From NCBI GenBank assembly GCA_002189035.1, contig NEEC01000413.1, positions 1 through 36,270 on the forward strand: a DNA stretch of 36,270 nt, read 5' to 3'. The DNA comes from Utricularia gibba (lineage: Eukaryota > Plantae > Magnoliophyta). Every line of letters begins with the position of its first letter. The first letter of the stretch is position 1. Below the pieces are notes generated by a model that worked only from the letters and a program-made list of their open reading frames with translations, ran no database searches and had not been told where the DNA came from. The translations under genes were made by a program, and so were the position numbers. Below, in pieces: positions 26,710 to 36,270 of this stretch.

Positions 26710-29700
26710 AAGGCTAATATAAGGCGATAATTCGAGCTCTGATGCATCCTCGGACGAAGATGCTTTCAACACGGAAGCTGACCGGCACGGAAAGGGGTTC
26801 GAAACGGTATGCCGGCGCAGCGTGACTCATCACGGTTTTCAGGATATGGCGAAATACCGAACGGTGTGCGAGGCCACCATGAGGCTGCGGGTAGGGACAC
26901 CCCAGAGCTTGTTCAGAGATCGCCTCGAAAACCCATACTTCACGTCACCAATAAAACGCAGATGTTTTGCAAGCCGAAAATCACAATCGCGTCGATTCTC
27001 GTGTTCCGAGTCGCATCGTCGCGAACGTGGTGGCCAATTTGTGGCACATCTGAAGGCTAATATAAGGCGATAATTCGAGCTCTGATGCATCCTCGGACGA
27101 AGAAGCTTTCAACACGGAAGCTGACCGGCACGGAAAGGGGTTCGAAACGGTATGCCGGCGCAGCGTGACTCATCACGATTTTTCAGGATATGGCCGAAAT
27201 ACCGAACGGTGTGCGAGGCCACCATGAGGCTGCGGGTAGGGACACACCCAGAGCTTGTTCAGAGATCGCCTCGAAAACCCATACTTCACGTCACCCAATA
27301 AAACGCAGATGTTTTGCAAGGCGAAAATCACAATCGCGTCGATTCTCGTGTTCCGAGTCGCATCGTCGCGAACGTGGTGGCCAATTTGGCACATCTGAAG
27401 GCTAAGATAAGGCGATAATTCGAGCTCTGATGCATCCTCGGACGAAGAAGCTTTCAACACGGAACCCGGCACGGAAAGGGGTTCGAAACGGTATGCCGGG
27501 CGCAGCGTGACTCATCACGGTTTTCAGGATATGGCCGAAATACCGAACGGTGTGCGAGGCCACCATGAGGCTGCGGGTAGGGACACACCCAGAGCTTGTT
27601 CAGAGATCGCCTCGAAAACCCATACTTCACGTCCCAATAAAACGCAGATGTTTTGCAAGCCGAAAATCACAATCGCGTCGATTCTCGTGTTCCGAGTCGC
27701 ATCGTCGCGAACGTGGTGGCCAATTTGTGGCACATCTGAAGGCTAAGATAAGGCGATAATTCGAGCTCTGATGCATCCTCGGACGAAGAAGCTTTCAACA
27801 CGGAAGCTGACCGCACGGAAAGGGGTTCGAAACGGTATGCCGGCGCAGCGTGACTCATCACGGTTTTCAGGATATGGCCGAAATACCGAACGGTGTGCGA
27901 GGCCACCATGAGGCTGCGGGTAGGGACACCCCAGAGCTTGTTCAGAGATCGCCTCGAAAACCCATACTTCACGTCACCAATAAAACGCAGATGTTTTGCA
28001 AGCGAAAATCACAATCGCGTCGATTCTCGTGTTCCGAGTCGCATCGTCGCGAACGTGGTGGCCAATTTGTGGCACATCTGAAGGCTAAGATAAGGCGATA
28101 ATTCGAGCTCTGATGCATCCTCGGACGAAGAAGCTTTCAACGGAAGCTGACCGGCACGGAAAGGGGTTCGAAACGGTATGCCGGGCGCAGCGACTCATCA
28201 CGGTTTTCAGGATATGGCCGAAATACCGAACGGTGTGCGAGGCCACCATGAGGCTGCGGGTAGGGACACACCCAGAGCTTGTTCAGAGATCGCCTCGAAA
28301 ACCCATACTTCACGTCACCCAATAAAACGCAGATGTTTTGCAAGGCGAAAATCACAATCGCGTCGATTCTCGTGTTCCGAGTCGCATCGTCGCGAACGTG
28401 GTGGCCAAATTTGTGGCACATCTGAAAGGCTAAGATAAGGCGATAATTCGAGCTCTGATGCATCCTCGGACGAAGAAGCTTTCAACACGGAAGCTGACCG
28501 GCACGGAAAGGGGTTCGAAACGGTATGCCGGGCGCAGCGTGACTCATCACGGTTTCAGGATATGGCCGAAATACCGAACGGTGCGAGGCCACATGAGGCT
28601 GCGGTAGGGACACACCAGAGCTTGTTCAGAGATCGCCTCGAAAACCCATACTTCACGTCACCCAATAAAACGCAGATGTTTTGCAAGGCGAAAATCACAA
28701 TCGCGTCGATTCTCGTGTTCCGAGTCGCATCGTCGCGAACGTGGTGGCCAATTTGTGGCACATCTGAAGGCTAATATAAGGCGATAATTCGAGCTCTGAT
28801 GCATCCTCGGACGAAGAAGCTTTCAACACGGAAGCTGACCGGCACGGAAAGGGGTTCGAAACGGTATGCCGGCGCAGCGTGACTCATCACGTTTTTCAGG
28901 ATATGGCCGAAATACCGAACGGTGTGCGAGGCCACCATGAGGCTGCGGGTAGGGACACACCCAGAGCTTGTTCAGAGATCGCCTCGAAAACCCATACTTC
29001 ACGTCATCCAATAAAACGCAGATGTTTTTGCAAGCCGAAAATCACAATCGCGTCGATTCTCGTGTTCCGAGTCGCATCGTCGCGAACGTGGTGGCCAATT
29101 TGTGGCACATCTGAAGGCTAAGATAAGGCGATAATTCGAGCTTGATGCATCCTCGGACGAAGAAGCTTTCAACACGGAAGCTGACCGGCACGGAAAGGGG
29201 TTCGAAACGGTATGCCGGGCGCAGCGTGACTCATCACGGTTTTCAGGATATGGCCGAAATACCGAACGGTGTGCGAGGCCACCATGAGGCTGCGGGTAGG
29301 ACACACCCAGAGCTTGTTCAGAGATCGCCTCGAAAACCCATACTTCACGTCATCCAATAAAACGCAGATGTTTTGCAAGCCGAAAATCACAATCGCGTCG
29401 ATTCTCGTGTTCCGAGTCGCATCGTCGCGAACGTGGTGGCCAATTTGTGGCACATCTGAAGGCTAAGATAAGGCGATAATTCGAGCTCTGATGCATCCTC
29501 GGACGAAGAAGCTTTCAACACGGAAGCTGACCGGCACGGAAAGGGGTTCGAAACGGTATGCCGGGCGCAGCGACTCATCACGGTTTTCAGGATATGGCCG
29601 AAATACCGAACGGTGTGCGAGGCCACATGAGGCTGCGGGTAGGGACACACCCAGAGCTTGTTCAGAGATCGCCTCGAAAACCCATACTTCACGTCATCCA

Positions 29701-32700
29701 ATAAAACGCAGATGTTTTGCAAGCGAAAATCACAATCGCGTCGATTCTCGTGTTCCGAGTCGCATCGTCGCGAACGTGGTGGCCAATTTGTGGCACATCT
29801 GAAGGCTAAGATAAGGCGATAATTCGAGCTCTGATGCATCCTCGGACGAAGAAGCTTTCAACACGGAAGCTGACCGGCACGGAAAGGGGTTCGAAACGGT
29901 ATGCCGGGCGCAGCGTGACTCATCACGGTTTTCAGGATATGGCCGAAATACCGAACGGTGTGCGAGGCCACCATGAGGCTGCGGTAGGGACACACCAGAG
30001 CTTGTTCAGAGATCGCCTCGAAAACCCATACTTCACGTCACCCAATAAAACGCAGATGTTTTGCAAGCCGAAAATCACAATCGCGTCGATTCTCGTTTTT
30101 CCGAGTCGCATCGTCGCGAACGTGGTGGCCAATTTGTGGCACATCTGAAGGCTAAGATAAGGCGATAATTCGAGCTCTGATGCATCCTCGGACGAAGAAG
30201 CTTTCAACACGGAAGCTGACCGGCACGGAAAGGGGTTCGAAACGGTATGCCGGGCGCAGCGTGACTCATCACGGTTTCAGGATATGGCCGAAATACCGAA
30301 CGGTGTGCGAGGCCACCATGAGGCTGCGGTAGGAACACACCAGAGCTTGTTCAGAGATCGCCTCGAAACCCATACTTCACGTCACCCAATAAAACGCAGA
30401 TGTTTTGCAAGGCGAAAATCACAATCGCGTCGATTCTCGTGTTCCGAGTCGCATCGTCGCGAACGTGGTGGCCAATTTGTGGCACATCTGAAGGCTAATA
30501 TAAGGCGATAATTCGAGCTCTGATGCATCCTCGGACGAAGAAGCTTTCAACACGGAAGCTGACCGGCACGGAAAGGGGTTCGAAACGGTATGCCGGGCGC
30601 AGCGTGACTCATCACGGTTTTCAGGATATGGCCGAAATACCGAACGGTGTGCGAGCCACCATGAGGCTGCGGTAGGGACACACCAGAGCTTGTTCAGAGA
30701 TCGCCTCGAAAACCCATACTTCACGTCATCCAATAAAACGCAGATGTTTTGCAAGCCGAAAATCACAATCGCGTCGATTCTCGTGTTCCGTCATCGTCGC
30801 GAACGTGGTGGCCAATTTGTGGCACATCTGAAGGCTAATATAAGGCGATAATTCGAGCTCTGATGCATCCTCGGACGAAGAAGCTTTCAACACGGAAGCT
30901 GACCGGCACGGAAAGGGGTTCGAAACGGTATGCCGGGCGCAGCGTGACTCATCACGGTTTCAGGATATGGCCGAAATACCGAACGGTGTGCGAGGCCACC
31001 ATGAGGCTGCGGGTAGGGACACACCCAGAGCTTGTTCAGAGATCGCCTCGAAAACCCATACTTCACGTCATCCAATAAAACGCAGATGTTTTGCAAGCGA
31101 AAATCACAATCGCGTCGATTCTCGTGTTCCGAGTCGCATCGTCGCGAACGTGGTGGCCAATTTGTGGCACATCTGAAGGCTAAGATAAGGCGATAATTCG
31201 AGCTCTGATGCATCCTCGGACGAAGAAGCTTTCAACACGGAAGCTGACCGGCACGGAAAGGGGTTCGAAACGGTATGCCGGGCGCAGCGTGACTCATCAC
31301 GGTTTTCAGGATATGGCCGAAATACCGAACGGTGTGCGAGGCCACCATGAGGCTGCGGGTAGGGACACACCCAGAGCTTGTTCAGAGATCGCCTCGAAAA
31401 CCCATACTTCACGTCATCCAATAAAACGCAGATGTTTTGCAAGCGAAAATCACAATCGCGTCGATTCTCGTGTTCCGAGTCGCATCGTCGCGAACGTGGT
31501 GGCCAATTTGTGGCACATCTGAAGGCTAAGATAAGGCGATAATTCGAGCTCTGATGCATCCTCGACGAAGAAGCTTTCAACACGGAAGCTGACCGGCACG
31601 GAAAGGGGTTCGAAACGGTATGCCGGGCGCAGCGTGACTCATCACGGTTTCAGGATATGGCCGAAATACCGAACGGTGTGCGAGGCCACCATGAGGCTGC
31701 GGGTAGGGACACACCCAGAGCTTGTTCAGAGATCGCCTCGAAAACCCATACTTCACGTCATCCAATAAAACGCAGATGTTTTGCAAGGCGAAAATCACAA
31801 TCGCGTCGATTCTCGTGTTCCGAGTCGCATCGTCGCGAACGTGGTGGCCAATTTGTGGCACATCTGAAGGCTAATAAGGCGATAATTCGAGCTTTGATGC
31901 ATCCTCGGACGAAGAAGCTTTCAACACGGAAGCTGACCGGCACGGAAAGGGGTTCGAAACGGTATGCCGGGCGCAGCGTGACTCATCACGGTTTTCAGGA
32001 TATGGCCGAAATACCGAACGGTGTGCGAGGCCACCATGAGGCTGCGGGTAGGACACACCCAGAGCTTGTTCAGAGATCGCCTCGAAAACCCATACTTCAC
32101 GTCATCCAATAAAACGCAGATGTTTTGCAAGCGAAAATCACAATCGCGTCGATTCTCGTGTTCCGAGTCGCATCGTCGCGAACGTGGTGGCCAATTTGTG
32201 GCACATCTGAAGGCTAAGATAAGGCGATAATTCGAGCTTTGATGCATCCTCGGACGAAGAAGCTTTCAACACGGAAGCTGACCGGCACGGAAAGGGGTTC
32301 GAAACGGTATGCCGGGCGCAGCGTGACTCATCACGGTTTTCAGGATATGGCCGAAATACCGAACGGTGTGCGAGGCCACCATGAGGCTGCGGGTAGGGAC
32401 ACACCCAGAGCTTGTTCAGAGATCGCCTCGAAAACCCATACTTCACGTCATCCAATAAAACGCAGATGTTTTGCAAGGCGAAAATCACAATCGCGTCGAT
32501 TCTCGTGTTCCGAGTCGCATCGTCGCGAACGTGGTGGCCAATTTGTGGCACATCTGAAAGGCTAAGATATAGGCGATAATTCGAGCTCTGATGCATCCTC
32601 GGACGAAGAAGCTTTCAACACGGAAGCTGACCGGCACGGAAAGGGGTTCGAAACGGTATGCCGGGGCAGCGTGACTCATCACGGTTTTCAGGATATGGCC

Positions 32701-35700
32701 GAAATACCGAACGGTGTGCGAGGCCACCATGAGGCTGCGGTAGGGACACACCAGAGCTTGTTCAGAGATCGCCTCGAAAACCCATACTTCACGTCATCCA
32801 ATAAAACGCAGATGTTTTGCAAGCCGAAAATCACAATCGCGTCGATTCTCGTGTTCCGAGTCGCATCGTCGCGAACGTGGTGGCCAATTTGTGGCACATC
32901 TGAAGGCTAATAAGGCGATAATTCGAGCTCTGATGCATCCTCGGACGAAGAAGCTTTCAACACGGAAGCTGACCGGCACGGAAAGGGGTTCGAAACGGTA
33001 TGCCGGGCGCAGCGTGACTCTCACGGTTTTCAGGATATGGCCGAAATACCGAACGGTGTGCGAGGCCACCATGAGGCTGCGGGTAGGGACACACCCAGCT
33101 TGTTCAGAGATCGCCTCGAAAACCCATACTTCACGTCACCCAATAAAACGCAGATGTTTTGCAAGGCGAAAATCACAATCGTCGATTCTCGTGTTCCGAG
33201 TCGCATCGTCGCGAACGTGGTGGCCAATTTGTGGCACATCTGAAGGCTAATATAAGGCGATAATTCGAGCTCTGATGCATCCTCGGACGAAGAAGCTTTC
33301 AACACGGAAGCTGACCGGCACGGAAAGGGGTTCGAAACGGTATGCCGGGCGCAGCGTGACTCATCACGGTTTTCAGGATATGGCCGAAATACCGAACGGT
33401 GTGCGAGGCCACCATGAGGCTGCGGGTAGGGACACACCCAGAGCTTGTTCAGAGATCGCCTCGAAAACCCATACTTCACGTCATCCAATAAAACGCAGAT
33501 GTTTTGCAAGCGAAAATCACAATCGCGTCGATTCTCGTGTTCCGAGTCGCATCGTCGCGAACGTGGTGGCCAATTTGTGGCACATCTGAAGGCTAATATA
33601 AGGCGATAATTCGAGCTCTGATGCATCCTCGGACGAAGAAGCTTTCAACACGGAAGCTGACCGGCACGGAAAGGGGTTCGAAACGGTATGCCGGCGCAGC
33701 GTGACTCATCACGGTTTTCAGGATATGGCCGAATACCGAACGGTGTGCGAGGCCACCATGAGGCTGCGGGTAGGACACACCCAGAGCTTGTTCAGAGATC
33801 GCCTCGAAAACCCATACTTCACGTCACCAATAAAACGCAGATGTTTTGCAAGGCGAAAATCACAATCGCGTCGATTCTCGTGTTCCGAGTCGCATCGTCG
33901 CGAACGTGGTGGCCAATTTGTGGCACATCTGAAGGCTAAGATAAGGCGATAATTCGAGCTCTGATGCATCCTCGGACGAAGAAGCTTTCAACACGGAAGC
34001 TGACCGGCACGGAAAGGGGTTCGAAACGGTATGCCGGCGCAGCGTGACTCATCACGGTTTTCAGGATATGGCCGAAATACCGAACGGTGTGCGAGGCCAC
34101 CATGAGGCTGCGGGTAGGGACACACCCAGAGCTTGTTCAGAGATCGCCTCGAAAACCCATACTTCACGTCATCCAATAAAACGCAGATGTTTTGCAAGGC
34201 GAAAATCACAATCGCGTCGATTCTCGTGTTCCGAGTCGCATCGTCGCGAACGTGGTGGCCAATTTGTGGCACATCTGAAGGCTAAGATAAGGCGATAATT
34301 CGAGCTCTGATGCATCCTCGGACGAAGAAGCTTTCAACACGGAAGCTGACCGGCACGGAAAGGGGTTCGAAACGGTATGCCGGGCGCAGCGTGACTCATC
34401 ACGGTTTTCAGGATATGGCCGAAATACCGAACGGTGTGCGAGGCCACCATGAGGCTGCGGGTAGGGACACACCCAGAGCTTGTTCAGAGATCGCCTCGAA
34501 AACCCATACTTCACGTCACCCAATAAAACGCAGATGTTTTGCAAGCGAAAATCACAATCGCGTCGATTCTCGTGTTCCGAGTCGCATCGTCGCGAACGTG
34601 GTGGCCAATTTGTGGCACATCTGAAGGCTAAGATAAGGCGATAATTCGAGCTCTGATGCATCCTCGGACGAAGAAGCTTTCAACACGGAAGCTGACCGGC
34701 ACGGAAAGGGGTTCGAAACGGTATGCCGGGCGCAGCGTGACTCATCACGGTTTTCAGGATATGGCCGAAATACCGAACGGTGTGCGAGGCCACCATGAGG
34801 CTGCGGTAGGGACACACCCAGAGCTTGTTCAGAGATCGCCTCGAAAACCCATACTTCACGTCATCCAATAAAACGCAGATGTTTTGCAAGGCGAAAATCA
34901 CAATCGCGTCGATTCTCGTGTTCCGAGTCGCATCGTCGCGAACGTGGTGGCCAATTTGTGGCACATCTGAAGGCTAAGATAAGGCGATAATTCGAGCTCT
35001 GATGCATCCTCGGACGAAGAAGCTTTCAACACGGAAGCTGACCGGCACGGAAAGGGGTTCGAAACGGTATGCCGGGCGCAGCGTGACTCATCACGGTTTT
35101 CAGGATATGGCCGAAATACCGAACGGTGTGCGAGGCCACCATGAGGCTGCGGGTAGGGACACACCAGAGCTTGTTCAGAGATCGCCTCGAAAACCCATAC
35201 TTCACGTCATCCAAAAACGGCAGATTTTGCAAGGCGAAAATCACAATCGCGTCGATTCTCGTGTTCCGAGTCGCATCGTCGCGAACGTGGTGGCCAATTT
35301 GTGGCACATCTGAAGGCTAAGATAAGGCGATAATTCGAGCTCTGATGCATCCTCGGACGAAGAAGCTTTCAACACGGAAGCTGACCGGCACGGAAAGGGG
35401 TTCGAAACGGTATGCCGGGCGCAGCGTGACTCATCACGGTTTTCAGGATATGGCCGAAATACCGAACGGTGTGCGAGGCCACCATGAGGCTGCGGTAGGG
35501 ACACACCCAGAGCTTGTTCAGAGATCGCCTCGAAAACCCATACTTCACGTCATCCAATAAAACGCAGATGTTTTGCAAGGCGAAAATCACAATCGCGTCG
35601 ATTCTCGTGTTCCGAGTCGCATCGTCGCGAACGTGGTGGCCAATTTTGTGGCACATCTGAAGGCTAAGATAAGGCGATAATTCGAGCTTTGATGCATCCT

Positions 35701-36270
35701 CGGACGAAGAAGCTTTCAACACGGAAGCTGACCGGCACGGAAAGGGGTTCGAAACGGTATGCCGGGCGCAGCGTGACTCATCACGGTTTTCAGGATATGG
35801 CCGAAATACCGAACGGTGTGCGAGGCCACCATGAGGCTGCGGGTAGGGACACACCCAGAGCTTGTTCAGAGATCGCCTCGAAAACCCATACTTCACGTCA
35901 TCCAATAAAACGCAGATGTTTTGCAAGGCGAAAATCACAATCGCGTCGATTCTCGTGTTCCGAGTCGCATCGTCGCGAACGTGGTGGCCAATTTGTGGCA
36001 CATCTGAAGGCTAAGATAAGGCGATAATTCGAGCTCTGATGCATCCTCGGACGAAGAAGCTTTCAACACGGAAGCTGACCGGCACGGAAAGGGGTTCGAA
36101 ACGGTATGCCGGGCGCAGCGTGACTCATCACGGTTTTCAGGATATGGCCGAAATACCGAACGGTGTGCGAGGCCACCATGAGGCTGCGGTAGGGACACAC
36201 CCAGAGCTTGTTCAGAGATCGCCTCGAAAACCCATACTTCACGTCATCCAATAAAACGCAGATGTTTTGC

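Larger units (their letters stand above)
26395..26741 (+). repeat. Reference full-length monomer (347 bp, A-type, ~53% GC, 33 CpG)
   Basis: Copy matching the majority base at essentially every column. The neighbouring copy 24664-25010 is also 347 bp. GC and CpG were counted by hand on the consensus (88 C, 97 G). The start point is arbitrary. Confidence 0.9.
1..36270. repeat. Head-to-tail tandem array (satellite-like or concatemeric) of a ~347-bp monomer; 105 full copies plus 2 partial copies
   Basis: Seen directly: the landmark GAGCTCTG|ATGCATCCTCGGACGAAG recurs about every 325-349 bp from 129 to 36039, always on the same strand. Mean period is (36039-129)/105 = 342 bp. There are no interruptions, inversions or unique segments, and the array runs off both window ends. 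Confidence 0.98.
20514..36270. repeat. Right array domain: near-homogeneous A-type monomers, mean period ~345 bp
   Basis: 45 full monomers between 20514 and 36039. Almost all read CACGGTTTTCAGGATATGGCCGAAATACCG and AAAGGGGTT, GTCATCC is the majority allele (about 33 of 46), and GATATCGAC is absent. Confidence 0.75.

Noticed and set aside
26395-26730. 111-aa plus-strand ORF MHPRTKKLS...KA(N/K)IRR filling 336 of 347 nt (also 24664-24999 and 35692-36027), with a TGATG stop/start overlap at the junction
   Set aside because: No recognisable family and an R/S/K/H-rich composition typical of non-coding GC-rich frames. There is no convincing RBS or Kozak context, and only 2 of 6 recurrent variants are synonymous. 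It is broken by the common GCAAGCGA form and by B cassettes. With 10 stop triplets per monomer such a gap is unremarkable.
208-36254. The ~300 other ORFs in the six-frame track
   Set aside because: All are frameshift permutations of the same monomer frames, and none is independent evidence of coding.
1-36270. CRISPR array or DGR-type variable region
   Set aside because: The constant part is about 315 bp, and the variable windows are homologous alleles rather than unrelated spacers. The differences are not adenine-specific, and no cas or RT genes are present.

Overview
The whole 36,270-nt window is one uninterrupted head-to-tail tandem array of a single monomer. The consensus is 347 bp and about 53% GC, with a clean reference copy at 26395-26741. 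By hand count there are 105 complete monomers (ATGCATCCTC starts from 129 to 36039) plus partial copies at both ends, all in the same orientation and with no unique DNA. I recognise no gene, RNA gene, transposon or CRISPR spacer, and the roughly 300 ORFs in the track are the same few frames of the monomer reshuffled by indels. Scattered homopolymer indels suggest a raw or poorly polished long-read sequence. Structure beyond the repeat itself: (i) each monomer carries a 94-nt ungapped imperfect hairpin (25 Watson-Crick pairs in 40 positions) that folds about equally well on either strand, within a roughly rod-like fold of the circularised monomer; (ii) variation is concentrated at a few biallelic sites that are linked into haplotypes, plus one hypervariable ~30-nt cassette; (iii) the array has two domains, a heterogeneous left part (mean period ~340 bp) and a homogeneous right part (~345 bp), with the switch at about 20.2-22.4 kb. 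The most likely reading is a CpG-rich satellite DNA array. A rolling-circle concatemer of a small structured circle (viroid-sized element, eccDNA or RT product) cannot be excluded without the raw reads. I cannot identify the organism or repeat family.
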